Of a stretch of 64,000 nt of DNA, positions 38,196 to 48,311 are shown piece after piece (position 1 is the stretch's first letter; each line of letters starts with the position of its first letter). The translations under genes and the position numbers were made by a program. The stretch lies in contig CAWBKP010000014.1 in the NCBI GenBank assembly GCA_963789395.1, positions 288,001 through 352,000 on the forward strand, given 5' to 3'. Under the pieces are notes generated by a model. That model made no database searches. It was not told the origin of the DNA and was given only the letters and a program-made list of their open reading frames with translations. The DNA comes from an uncultured delta proteobacterium (GTDB taxonomy: Bacteria > Desulfobacterota > Desulfobacteria > Desulfobacterales > Desulfatirhabdiaceae).

Positions 38196-39005
38196 ATGTC
38201 CATTATTACCATTTCACGCGGTTCTTACAGCAGAGGAAAGGAAGTGGCCGAAGGGGTTGCCAGGCGGTTGGGATATGACTGCCTGTCCAGAGATATACTG
38301 TTGGATACGTCCGAGTTGTTCAACATTCCGAAAATCAAGCTGGAAAGAGCCATACATGACGCCCCGTCCATTCTGGACCGTTTCGGCGGGGGAAAAGAAC
38401 GATATGTAGCCATGATTCGAACCGCGTTTCTGAAGATCATGCGGGAAGACAACCTGGTGTATCACGGTCTGGCTGGACATTTTTTTCTGCAGGGAGTATC
38501 CCATGTTCTGAAAGTAAGAATCATTGCCGATATCGAGGATCGGGTAAAGCTGGAAATGCAGCGGGAAAGCATTTCCGAAAAAGAAGCCCGCAGAATACTG
38601 CTCAAAGACGATGAGGAACGAAATAAATGGGCACAGTTTCTTTACGGCATCAATACTACGGATTCTCAATTATATGATCTGGTCATCCATATCCGGAAAA
38701 TTTCCGTGGCGGATGCCGTGGATATCATCTGCCACACCGCAACCATGAAGCAGTTTCAGGCAACGCCGGAATCGCAGCAGGCCCTGGAAAATCTATCTCT
38801 CAGCGCGGAAGTCAAGGCCGCGCTGATTGAATTGAATCCGGCAGTTGAAGTGTGCTCGGAAAACGGCATCGTGCATATCAAGGCAAGGGTTTCAGAAACA
38901 CTCCAGCAGGAAATGGAAAATGCCTTGAAGAATCACGCAATGGCGGTTCGCGGCGTTAAAGAAGTTCATCTTGCGGTTGCACCCATTTCATTTTACGAGG
39001 ATTGA
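38196..39005 (+). CDS. Cytidylate kinase-like protein with C-terminal BON-like domain
   Basis: IITISRGSYSRGKEVA, LKVRIIA, YDLVI; C-terminal VEVCSENGIVHI...VRGVKEV. Confidence 0.8.
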   Translation: MSIITISRGSYSRGKEVAEGVARRLGYDCLSRDILLDTSELFNIPKIKLERAIHDAPSILDRFGGGKERYVAMIRTAFLKIMREDNLVYHGLAGHFFLQGVSHVLKVRIIADIEDRVKLEMQRESISEKEARRILLKDDEERNKWAQFLYGINTTDSQLYDLVIHIRKISVADAVDIICHTATMKQFQATPESQQALENLSLSAEVKAALIELNPAVEVCSENGIVHIKARVSETLQQEMENALKNHAMAVRGVKEVHLAVAPISFYED

Positions 39006-39117
39006 TCGTATCATTCAATCACCGGTTGCATCACTTACACTTGCCGCCTTATCTTGATTACAAATTGAACGGATTGTCCTTCTCACGAAATTCCCATTCT
39101 TTTTTTCTGCATTTCCA

Positions 39118-39156
39118 GGGGATGAGGCCTTTTAGCAAGGCGCCATCCCCCTTTTT
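39118..39156 (+). terminator. Intrinsic terminator-like hairpin
   Basis: GGGGATG..GCCTT/AAGGC..CATCCCC followed by a T run. Confidence 0.55.
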
Positions 39157-39474
39157 CCTCTAAAACCTCGAAGTTTTTATATTGACTTGTATCGTTGGAA
39201 TTCATACATGGACTAAAGATGTTGTGCGGTAAGCTTCTGTTACCTTACGACAAGCAAATCTGCTGCTCCTTTCTCCTTGTATAGTGGAGATAACTCAGAA
39301 AAAGGGTTAGCAGATGGGCATTTTACAGGCAAAGCCAACTTCTTCTGACCCATCATCGAATAGATCGATCAAGTTCTCGCCCAGCACTACAGTTTCTACG
39401 AATGAAGAAATTGATTTTATCATCAACTATGATATCAAATACCGAATAGGCCAGAATAATGGTAGCGAGGATGA

Positions 39475-39735
39475 ATGAAATTTGAAATTACCAGACATGC
39501 ACAGGAGGAAATGGATCGCAGGCAGATACCCTCAACGATTGTGGATACCATCTTGCATAATCCCCAGCAGGTTGTCGAAGAATATGGAAATAAGAAAGCA
39601 TATCAGTCAATATTTGCTTTAGAGACTGGAAAGGATTATCTTGTCAGGGTAATCGTCAACGATACCGTTATACCGGTGAAAGTCGTCACGGTCTATAAAA
39701 CGAGCAAGATCAAGAAGTATTGGAGAGCGTCATGA
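39475..39735 (+). CDS. DUF4258-like putative toxin
   Basis: ITRHAQEEMDRRQI...VVTVYKTSKIKKYW. Confidence 0.75.
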   Translation: MKFEITRHAQEEMDRRQIPSTIVDTILHNPQQVVEEYGNKKAYQSIFALETGKDYLVRVIVNDTVIPVKVVTVYKTSKIKKYWRAS

Positions 39736-39929
39736 AAATTACATATGATCCTGATGTTGATGTGCTTCGAATCGTTTTCAGCAATGCACCCATTGATGAA
39801 AGCGACGAAGAAAGACCCGGCGTTATCCTCGATTTTGATAAAGACGGTAATGTTGTCGGCATGGAAATACTGGATGCCTCACTTCGTATGGAAAATCCTC
39901 GAACCGTAGAGTACGCCGTGGCCGGGTAA
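39732..39929 (+). CDS. DUF2283-like putative antitoxin
   Basis: MKITYDPDVDVLRI...DFDKDGNVVGMEILDAS; ATGA overlap with the upstream gene. Confidence 0.82.
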   Translation: MKITYDPDVDVLRIVFSNAPIDESDEERPGVILDFDKDGNVVGMEILDASLRMENPRTVEYAVAG

Positions 39930-40203
39930 CACATTTTTCCTGGACCTGGAGACATTGAACCATTCGGGAATCGGCCTGATTTGTTCCTTCCAATGTCCGG
40001 GAATTCTCATTTTTCAACCTTTTGATGTCATTTGGAAATTCCAGGTTTGATAAGGAACTGCCTCAAATTCTATTTGACTTCTATCCGCCGAACGTTCAAA
40101 TATAACTTTGATATTTACCTGATCTTTTCCCCTGTTTTACTCATGAAATAATCAGGGGCGAGTATTCTTCACCCCATTACTTTTTATTTTTTTGGAGGAA
40201 TTT

Positions 40204-41292
40204 ATGCCTGGAAAACGCATTCACAACTTTAACGCCGGGCCTGCGGCCCTTCCCCTGCCGGTTTTACAGGAAATTCAGGAATCGTTTCTGGATTTCAAGG
40301 GCTCGGGCATGTCCATTACCGAAGTCAGCCACCGGTCCAAATGGTTCGATGATGTGATCAATGACGCCGTTGCCAGAATCCGCAGACTGCTCAGGCTGGA
40401 TGACACCTATCAGGTCCTGTTTCTTCAGGGCGGCGCCAGCCTCCAGTTTGCCATGATTCCCATGAATTGTCTGGCGGACGCGGACTGCGCCGATTATGTG
40501 AATACCGGCACGTGGTCCACCAAAGCCATTCAGGAAGCCCAGCTTCTGGGAAAGAATATCCAGGTTGTCGCCTCTTCCGAAGACAAGGGGTTCAGTTATA
40601 TTCCGAAAAACATCGCCTACAGCCCGAAGGCCGCCTATGTTCATTTTACTTCCAACAACACCATTAAAGGGACCCAGTGGGCGGCCTATCCCGATGCCGC
40701 CGGCGGCCCGCTGGTTGCCGACATGTCTTCGGATTTTATGAGCAGGCCCTTTGATGTCAAGCCCTTTGGCCTGATCTATGCCGGCGCCCAGAAAAATATC
40801 GGCCCGGCCGGGGTATGCGTGGTCATCATCCGGGAGGATATGCTCAACCGCACGCCGAAAAACATCCCCACAATGCTGAAATACACCACCCATGCATCCA
40901 AAAATTCCATGTACAATACCCCGCCGTGTTTCGGGGTCTATACCATTCAGCTTGTCATGAAATGGCTGGAAGAAACCATTGGCGGACTGGAAGCCATGGA
41001 TGCCGTCAACCGGAAAAAAGCCGGGTGTCTGTATGATCTGATGGACAAAAGCCGCTTTTATCAGGGAACCGCCGATCCTTCCAGCAGGTCCCTGATGAAT
41101 GTGACCTTCCGGCTGCCTTCGGAAGACCTTGAAAAACAATTTGTTCAGGAAGCTGCCGCCAATGACTTCGGCGGATTGAAGGGACACCGTTCGGTCGGCG
41201 GGTGCCGGGCATCCATTTACAATGCAACAACGCTGGCCTCGGTGCAGGCCCTTGCGGACTTCATGATTGATTTCGAGCGGAAAAACGGATAA
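40204..41292 (+). CDS. serC: Phosphoserine aminotransferase
   Basis: NFNAGPA, SHRS, LQGGA, DMSS, AGAQKN (PLP Lys), NTPP, GHRSVGG. Confidence 0.98.
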   Translation: MPGKRIHNFNAGPAALPLPVLQEIQESFLDFKGSGMSITEVSHRSKWFDDVINDAVARIRRLLRLDDTYQVLFLQGGASLQFAMIPMNCLADADCADYVNTGTWSTKAIQEAQLLGKNIQVVASSEDKGFSYIPKNIAYSPKAAYVHFTSNNTIKGTQWAAYPDAAGGPLVADMSSDFMSRPFDVKPFGLIYAGAQKNIGPAGVCVVIIREDMLNRTPKNIPTMLKYTTHASKNSMYNTPPCFGVYTIQLVMKWLEETIGGLEAMDAVNRKKAGCLYDLMDKSRFYQGTADPSSRSLMNVTFRLPSEDLEKQFVQEAAANDFGGLKGHRSVGGCRASIYNATTLASVQALADFMIDFERKNG

Positions 41293-41354
41293 ATTGACAC
41301 ATAGCACACTTAATCTTCATTGTGCTATCAAAACATGGCAATTGATTTGAGAAA

Positions 41355-41392
41355 GACCGGCTGAAGATAACAACCCGTATCTTCAGCCGGTC
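41355..41392. terminator. Perfect 15-bp hairpin after serC
   Basis: GACCGGCTGAAGATA-8nt-TATCTTCAGCCGGTC; T run 7 nt later. Confidence 0.6.
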
Positions 41393-41538
41393 CGTAATGT
41401 TTTTTTATGCAAACCAGCATGTTAAATTAAACATAACGAAGCATATAAGCTGATGAATTTGTAATTTTCCGTCGATCGTACCCTGATCGGCCGAATTGTG
41501 ATGACTTGCTTAAACACCCCACAACAGGAGGATTATCT

Positions 41539-43275
41539 ATGGATCAAATTCTAAGGATCAATATGGGCGCAGAAAATGGCCCGGCATTCCGGATTGAGCC
41601 CGCCGGAGACTATGCCGGTCTTGGCGGACGCGCCATGACTTCCGCGGTTGTCGCTAAAGAAGTGCCGCCCCTGTGTCACCCCCTGGGTGAAGACAACAAA
41701 CTGGTGATTGCGCCGGGAATGCTGAGCGGTTCCGCTGCCGCCATGTCCGGGAGGCTTTCCGTGGGATGCAAAAGCCCCTTGACCGGCGGGATCAAGGAAG
41801 CCAATTCCGGGGGCCAGGGCGCACAGGTGCTGGCCAGACTCGGCTATGCCGCCATCATTCTGGAAGGAAAACCCAAGGATGATACGCTGTACAAAGTTTT
41901 CATCAACAAGGACGGGGTCAAGATCACTGCCGACAACAGCCTGAAAATGCTGGGCAACTATGCGCTGGTGGATAAGATCAAGGCCGAATACGGAGAAAAA
42001 GTGGCCTGCATCTCCATCGGACAGGCCGGCGAGATGAAAATGGCCTCGGCAACGGTTGCGGTTACGGACATGGAACAGCGGCCCACCCGTCATGCCGGCC
42101 GCGGCGGCGTCGGCGCGGTCATGGGGTCCAAACAGGTCAAGGCCATTGTTCTGGATGATTCGGAAATGCCCATGCGCAGCCCGAAAAATGTCGAAAAATT
42201 CAAGGAAGCCAACAAAAATTTCGTTCAGGGCCTGCGCAAACATCCGGTTACCGGAGAAGGCCTTCCCACCTATGGCACCAATGTTCTCACCAACGTGATC
42301 AATGAAGCCGGCGGGTATCCAACGTATAATTTCAAAAAAGGTCAATTTGCCGGCGCTGCCAAGATCAGCGGCGAAGCACTGGCTGAACTTGAAAAAGCCA
42401 GGGGCAGCAACCCAACACACGGTTGCCACAAAGGCTGCGTGATCCGCTGCTCCGGAATTTTCGTGGACAAGGACGGAAATTTTCTGACCAAGCAGCCGGA
42501 ATATGAGACGGTCTGGGCCCATGGCGGCAATTGCGGCATCGATGATCTGGATGCCATCGCCATGATGGATCGCCTGGATGATGACTTCGGCATTGATACC
42601 ATCGAGATGGGTGCCACGATTGCGGTCGCCATGGATGCGGGAATTGCAAAATTCGGAGATGCCGATGCCGCCATCAACCTGATCAAGGAAGTGGGCAAGG
42701 GCACCCATCTGGGCCGCATTCTGGGCAACGGCGCCGGCCTGACCGGAAAAGTTTTCGGCATCGAACGAGTGCCGGTGGTAAAAAACCAGTCCATGCCGGC
42801 ATACGACCCCCGGGCTGTTCAGGGAATGGGCGTGACTTACGCGACCACAACAATGGGCGCAGATCATACCGCGGGATATGCGGTAACAGCCAACATTCTG
42901 GGCGTCGGCGGAAATGTCAATGCCTTGAAACCCGAAGGCCAGATCGAACTGTCCCGAAACCTTCAGATCGCCACCGCTGCCATCGACGCCTCCGGCATGT
43001 GCCTGTTTATCGCCTTTGCCATTCTGGATCAGCCGGAAACGTTTCAGTCGCTGGTGGATATCCTCAGCGCCTTTACCGGCCAGAACCTCACCGGCGATGA
43101 TGTGGTCGCTCTGGGCAAATCCATTTTGACAAACGAAAGGGATTTTAACGCCAGAGCCGGCTTCACCAGCAAGGATGACCGGCTTCCGGAATATTTCAAG
43201 AAAGAATCCCTGGCGCCGCACAACGTCATATTTGAGGTTAAAGACGAAGATCTGGACCAGGTATTCAACTGGTAG
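41539..43275 (+). CDS. aor: Aldehyde:ferredoxin oxidoreductase (W/Mo-pterin)
   Basis: KSPLTGGIKE, AGRGGVGAVMGSK, CHKGCVIRC, PEYET, DTIEMG, YDPR. Confidence 0.93.
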   Translation: MDQILRINMGAENGPAFRIEPAGDYAGLGGRAMTSAVVAKEVPPLCHPLGEDNKLVIAPGMLSGSAAAMSGRLSVGCKSPLTGGIKEANSGGQGAQVLARLGYAAIILEGKPKDDTLYKVFINKDGVKITADNSLKMLGNYALVDKIKAEYGEKVACISIGQAGEMKMASATVAVTDMEQRPTRHAGRGGVGAVMGSKQVKAIVLDDSEMPMRSPKNVEKFKEANKNFVQGLRKHPVTGEGLPTYGTNVLTNVINEAGGYPTYNFKKGQFAGAAKISGEALAELEKARGSNPTHGCHKGCVIRCSGIFVDKDGNFLTKQPEYETVWAHGGNCGIDDLDAIAMMDRLDDDFGIDTIEMGATIAVAMDAGIAKFGDADAAINLIKEVGKGTHLGRILGNGAGLTGKVFGIERVPVVKNQSMPAYDPRAVQGMGVTYATTTMGADHTAGYAVTANILGVGGNVNALKPEGQIELSRNLQIATAAIDASGMCLFIAFAILDQPETFQSLVDILSAFTGQNLTGDDVVALGKSILTNERDFNARAGFTSKDDRLPEYFKKESLAPHNVIFEVKDEDLDQVFNW

Positions 43276-43293
43276 CCATCCGAGAATTCAGCG

Positions 43294-43332
43294 CACGCGG
43301 GAAAGCCTGTTTCAGGCTTTCCCGCGTGTTGT
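43294..43332 (+). terminator. Perfect 16-bp hairpin after aor
   Basis: CACGCGGGAAAGCCTG-TTT-CAGGCTTTCCCGCGTG. Confidence 0.65.
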
Positions 43333-43485
43333 TCCGATTCATCCATCCTGCCAAACCATTCTTACCTTTTGACTTCAGTTCCATATTTTGTTAATCAAAT
43401 AAAAGATGTATTCCTGCAAAGGTATTTCCTGATGAACTGGATTCACACAACACTGAAACCAATCTGATACCAAGGAGGCACTCGC

Positions 43486-45093
43486 ATGGGTAAGAAAACC
43501 GCTGTACTGATCACTGCTCTTGTATTTTTATTTACCGGCGCTGCGCTGGCTGCCGGTCCCAAATCCGGAGGAACCCTGATTTTCGGGCGCGGAGGGGATA
43601 GCGTGGGACTGGACCCCGCCTATGAAACCGACGGCAATTCATTCATGATCTGCGACAACGTACTGGAAGCTCTGGTAGAGTATGCTGATGAAACCACCGC
43701 CATCGAGCCGGGTCTGGCTGAATCCTGGGAAATCTCCCCGGATGCGAAGACCTACACCTTTCACCTGCGTAAAGGCGTAAAATTCCATGACGGCACCCCA
43801 TTTAATGCGGATGCGGTTGTTTTTTCACTCGGCAGGCAGATGAAAGAGCGAAAACTCAAGTTTTTCGGTAAAGGATGGGAAATCCCGGCCCAGGAAAAAA
43901 CCCCGGAATACTGGGTGACCATGGAAATGGACAATACCGTGGACAGCATCGAAGCCATCGATGACAATACCGTCGTTTTCAAGCTCAAAAGAGTGGAAGC
44001 ACCGTTTCTGGCCAATATGGGAATGGATTTCGCCGACATCATCAGCCCGACGGCTTTCTTGAAAAACCCCAAGGAATTCATACGAAATCCCGTTGGAACC
44101 GGCCCTTTCAAGTTCGTCAAATGGGTAAAGGATGACCAGATCCTTCTGGAAAAAAACACCGAGTACTGGGATAAAAAAGGCGGACCTTACCTGGACAAGC
44201 TGGTTTTCCGGGCGATTCCGGACAGCTCCGTCCGCTTTCTGGAACTGAAAGCCGGCAGCATTCACATCTGCCAGTTCCCGAATGCAGCCGATGTTCCGAT
44301 GGCCGCCAAAGATCCCAACCTGGTGGTCATTTCCCAGCCGGGCATGAACATCGGCTATCTGTCCTTTAACCATACCAAGCCCCTGTGGCAGAATCTGCAC
44401 ATGCGAAAAGCCATCGTCTACGCCATCAACCGGAAAGCCATCGTGGACAACATTTACCAGGGCATGGGCCAGGTTGCCAAAAACCCCATTCCGCCCACCA
44501 TGTGGAGTTATAATGACGCGGTTCAGGACTATCCGTTTGATCCGGAAATGGCCAAGAAAGAACTGGAACTGGCGGGTTTCCCCGGCGGAAATGGTCTTCC
44601 GGAAATCACGCTCTGGTCCATGCCGGTTGCCAGACCCTACAACCCGGAAGGCTTGAAAGTCGGCGTGGCCATGATCTCGGATCTGGCCAAAGTCGGCATC
44701 AAGGCAAGAATCGTCAGCTATGACTGGGGCACCTATTTGAAACGCCAGAAGGAACAACCCGAAGACATGGATCTGTTCCAGCTCGGCTGGACCGGCGACA
44801 ACGGTGATCCGGACAATTTTCTGGCGGTTCTCTTTGATGGACTGGCATCCTCCTCCGTCCGCACCCAGTGGAAAAACGAGGAATATCACAAATTGATGCT
44901 GGAGGGAAAACAGACCGTCGATCAGGCCAAACGCGTGGAAATTTATAAAAAAGCCCAGCAACTCATCCATGATGAAGTGGGCACCATTTGCGTGGCGCAT
45001 TCAACCGTCGTCAGTCCTCAGCTTAAAACCGTCAAGAATTTCAAACTCCATCCCACCCAGTCCATGCGGATTAAAAACGTCTGGCTGGAATAG
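43486..45093 (+). CDS. dppA: Dipeptide/oligopeptide ABC substrate-binding protein
   Basis: Signal peptide, LAESWEIS..YTFHLRKGVKFHDG family-5 motif, PVGTGPF, RPYNP, GWTGDNGDPDNF. Confidence 0.92.
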   Translation: MGKKTAVLITALVFLFTGAALAAGPKSGGTLIFGRGGDSVGLDPAYETDGNSFMICDNVLEALVEYADETTAIEPGLAESWEISPDAKTYTFHLRKGVKFHDGTPFNADAVVFSLGRQMKERKLKFFGKGWEIPAQEKTPEYWVTMEMDNTVDSIEAIDDNTVVFKLKRVEAPFLANMGMDFADIISPTAFLKNPKEFIRNPVGTGPFKFVKWVKDDQILLEKNTEYWDKKGGPYLDKLVFRAIPDSSVRFLELKAGSIHICQFPNAADVPMAAKDPNLVVISQPGMNIGYLSFNHTKPLWQNLHMRKAIVYAINRKAIVDNIYQGMGQVAKNPIPPTMWSYNDAVQDYPFDPEMAKKELELAGFPGGNGLPEITLWSMPVARPYNPEGLKVGVAMISDLAKVGIKARIVSYDWGTYLKRQKEQPEDMDLFQLGWTGDNGDPDNFLAVLFDGLASSSVRTQWKNEEYHKLMLEGKQTVDQAKRVEIYKKAQQLIHDEVGTICVAHSTVVSPQLKTVKNFKLHPTQSMRIKNVWLE

Positions 45094-45138
45094 TCATCCA
45101 CCGCCTGGTGGTTCCCTCTTTGTGTTTCATATCCGGCC

Positions 45139-45230
45139 AAGTCCTCTCTTTTTAAGGGGAGGACTTAGGGGGGCTTTTCAATCGATTGCACGAAATCCCC
45201 CCTGGCCCCCCTTTCCAAAAGGGGGAACTT
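45139..45230. repeat. REP-like composite palindrome (two inverted units of about 38 nt)
   Basis: AAGTCCTCTCTTTTTAAGGGGAGGACTTAGGGGGG and inverted CCCCCCTGGCCCCCCTTTCCAAAAGGGGGAACTT. Confidence 0.6.
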
Positions 45231-45297
45231 TCTTCAAGCCACTCAAATGGCTCAAAAGAGATGGCATTGTTTCCCCTATTTCAGGATTCATGATCTC

Positions 45298-46302
45298 ATG
45301 ACGGCCTACATTCTTCGACGCGTACTGATGCTGTTTCCCACCCTTTTTGGGGTATCCATCATCGTCTTTCTCATGCTTCACATCACCCCCGGCGATCCGG
45401 CCGAATTGATGCTGGGAGAACGCGCAACGGATGCGGCCATTCAGGAAATCCGGGAGAATCTGGGGCTGAACAAACCCCTATACGTTCAGTACGGCCTGTT
45501 TATCGGCCGGCTCCTGCAGGGCGATCTCGGGGAAACCATCATGACCCAGCAAAAGGTCTGGATAGAAGTCAAGGAGCGTTTCCCGGCAACCATCGAGCTG
45601 ACGTTTGCGGCAATGATCATCAGCTGTTTTTTCGGGGTTATTTTCGGCATCATTTCGGCAATCCGGCAGCATTCCATTTTTGATTACCTGAGCATGATCG
45701 CCGCCCTGATCGGGGTCAGCATGCCCATTTTCTGGCTGGGCCTGGTGCTGATGCTCATCTTTTCCCTGTTTCTCGGATGGGTTCCCATGTCCGGAAGGAT
45801 GACGATCGGCGTGGACCTGGATCCCAGAACCCAGTTTTATATTCTGGATGCCATTCTCGCCGGAAACTGGACCGCCTTGAAAGATGTTCTCTGGCATTTA
45901 ATTCTTCCAGCCATAACGCTTAGCAGCATCCCCATGGCCATTGTGGCCCGGATGACCCGATCCAGCATGCTCGATGTGCTGCGGCAGGATTACATCAAAA
46001 CCGCCAAAGCCAAGGGCCTTTCCGAATTCAAGGTCGTTATCAAGCATGGCCTTCGAAATGCCCTGATTCCGGTTGTAACGACCATCGGGCTTCAATTCGG
46101 CATTCTTCTGGGCGGCGCGATATTGACCGAAACGATTTTTGCCTGGCCGGGCGTCGGGAAATGGATGTTTGATGCGGTCATGAAGCGCGATTACGCGGTC
46201 ATTCAGGGCGGCACGCTTTTTATAGCATCCACCTTTATTGTCATCAATTTGATTGTAGATGTTCTGTACGCAGTAATCAATCCCCGTATCAGCGTTAAAT
46301 AG
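45298..46302 (+). CDS. dppB: Peptide ABC permease
   Basis: PGDPA, FPATIEL, RSSMLDVLRQDYIKTAKAKGL EAA loop. Confidence 0.92.
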   Translation: MTAYILRRVLMLFPTLFGVSIIVFLMLHITPGDPAELMLGERATDAAIQEIRENLGLNKPLYVQYGLFIGRLLQGDLGETIMTQQKVWIEVKERFPATIELTFAAMIISCFFGVIFGIISAIRQHSIFDYLSMIAALIGVSMPIFWLGLVLMLIFSLFLGWVPMSGRMTIGVDLDPRTQFYILDAILAGNWTALKDVLWHLILPAITLSSIPMAIVARMTRSSMLDVLRQDYIKTAKAKGLSEFKVVIKHGLRNALIPVVTTIGLQFGILLGGAILTETIFAWPGVGKWMFDAVMKRDYAVIQGGTLFIASTFIVINLIVDVLYAVINPRISVK

Positions 46303-46429
46303 GTCAAGCGCAGGAAAGTTTTACGGGCTTGCCTGACATCATTTATTGATTTTCTGCTGATTTGTGTCAGGAAGACGCTAAAAAACCGCTACACCCTGGC
46401 CTAACTTACGATAGATCAAAAAGAAGCTT

Positions 46430-47324
46430 ATGCCTATCCTAAGTTCTACTCAGAATATCGAAGACCGCCATCCTTTCTGGGATCAGATCGAACAGATCTG
46501 GCGAAACAAGACCGCGGTTGCCGGCTTCTATCATTGTTCTGATTTTTATCCTGACGGCTTTGTTTGCCCCACTGCTCAGTCCGCAGAGCGCTGTTGAGGC
46601 CTCTCTCTATGACCAGCTGAAGCCGCCGGTCTGGTATGATGCCGGAACATGGAAAAACGTTCTGGGAACCGACGATCTGGGCCGGGATATTTTATCCAGG
46701 CTCATTTACGGGGCCAGGGTCTCTTTGATGGTTGCTGTTTTCAGCGTGGCCGTGGCTTTTTTTGTCGGGTCGCTTCTCGGGGCCATTGCCGGCTATTACA
46801 AGGGATTTCGAGACAGCATCATCATGCGTTCCATGGACATTCTGCTGGCCTTTCCCAGCATACTTCTGGCCATTGTCATGGTCGCATACCTTGGGCCGAG
46901 CCTGAGAAACGCCATGCTGGCGATCGGCATCATATACATTCCCCGCTATGCCCGCATTGTCCGGGCTTCGGTTCTGGAAGAATGCGAAAAGGACTATGTG
47001 ACCGCATCCCGGGCCGTCGGGGCCAAAAACCTGCGGATCATTTTTATCACCATTTTCCCCAACTGCCTGGGGCCGCTCATCGTCCAGACAACGCTCGGGT
47101 TTGCATCGGCGATTCTGGATGCGGCGGCCTTGAGCTTTCTGGGGCTGGGGGCCCAGCCGCCGACGCCCGAATGGGGCGCCATGATCGCAGACGGCCGGTC
47201 CATGGCCCTTCGGGCCTGGTGGGTCATGACCATGCCGGGCCTGTCCATATTGATTGCGGTTCTGGGGTTTAATCTGTTCGGCGACGGGCTCCGGGACGTT
47301 CTGGACCCGCGGATGAGAGACTAA
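46430..47324 (+). CDS. dppC: Peptide ABC permease (one frameshift near 46529)
   Basis: N-terminus ...WRNKTAVAGF is out of frame with LGTDDLGRD, PEWGAMI, GDGLRDVLDP by one extra base. Confidence 0.88.
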
Positions 47325-47330
47325 GGGAAC

Positions 47331-48311
47331 ATGGATCCTACACCACAACCGGTTGTCGATATTCAGCACCTGCGAACCTATTTTTATGTGCGCGGCCAGA
47401 TTGCCAGGGCGGTCGATGACGTGAGCCTGACCATTCCTTCCGGCCAGACCCTGGGACTGGTGGGGGAGTCCGGCTGCGGAAAAAGCGTGACCGCCCATTC
47501 CATCATTCGGCTGATTCCCGAACCTCCGGGGAAAATTGTCGGCGGCAGCATCGATTTTGAAGGAACCAATCTTCTTTCGCTTTCCGAACCCCAGATGCGA
47601 AAAATCAGGGGCAACCGGATTTCCATGATTTTTCAGGAGCCCATGACGGCTTTGAATCCGGTGTATTCGGTCGGCAATCAGGTGGGAGAATCCATCCGCA
47701 TCCATCAGAAAACATCCGGAAAAGAAGTCCGGGACCGGGTCGTCGATATGTTCCGACTGGTGGGAATTCCGGCTCCGGAAAAGCGGATGCATGACTATCC
47801 CCATCAGATGAGCGGCGGCATGCGCCAGCGGGTCGTTATCGCCATGGCGCTGGCCTGCAACCCCCGTCTGATGATTGCCGATGAACCGACCACCGCCCTG
47901 GATGTGACCATTCAGGCCCAGATTCTGGATCTCATGAACCAGCTCAAATCCGAGATCGGTGCCTCCATTCTGTTCATCACGCATGACCTGGGCGTCATTG
48001 CCGAAATGGCCCAGAATGTTGCCGTCATGTACGCCGGGAAAGTGGTGGAATATGCGGATGTGAACGCCTTGTTCGCCGATCCCAAACATCCCTACACCGT
48101 CGGGCTGCTTCAGTCCATTCCCGTCATTGGCAGGAATGCCGGAAAGCGCCTGAATACCATCACGGGCATGGTCCCATCGCTTTTGAATCTGCCGTCCGGA
48201 TGCATGTTTAACGACAGGTGCCCGGACGTGTTTTCCGACTGCCGGCAAATTGAACCCGAAATGGTTGCCGCAGGACCCCATCATGTTGCACGGTGCCTCA
48301 AATATGTCTGA
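47331..48311 (+). CDS. dppD: Peptide ABC ATPase
   Basis: [25 protein letters not shown]-terminal Cys motif. Confidence 0.93.
   Translation: MDPTPQPVVDIQHLRTYFYVRGQIARAVDDVSLTIPSGQTLGLVGESGCGKSVTAHSIIRLIPEPPGKIVGGSIDFEGTNLLSLSEPQMRKIRGNRISMIFQEPMTALNPVYSVGNQVGESIRIHQKTSGKEVRDRVVDMFRLVGIPAPEKRMHDYPHQMSGGMRQRVVIAMALACNPRLMIADEPTTALDVTIQAQILDLMNQLKSEIGASILFITHDLGVIAEMAQNVAVMYAGKVVEYADVNALFADPKHPYTVGLLQSIPVIGRNAGKRLNTITGMVPSLLNLPSGCMFNDRCPDVFSDCRQIEPEMVAAGPHHVARCLKYV

Noticed and set aside
41301..41328. ATAGCACA...TGTGCTAT inverted repeat resembling CIRCE
   Set aside because: Spacing is one base off, the arms mismatch TTAGCACTC, and no chaperone gene follows
41337..41351. TGGCAATTGATTTGA as a sigma-54 promoter for aor
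   Set aside because: Two deviations from consensus and it lies upstream of a strong hairpin
41551..43221. Long antisense ORF (556 aa) opposite aor; similar ones at 40264-41307, 43825-45000 and 46692-48359
   Set aside because: Shadow frames of well-conserved genes with biased codon usage; no recognisable motifs
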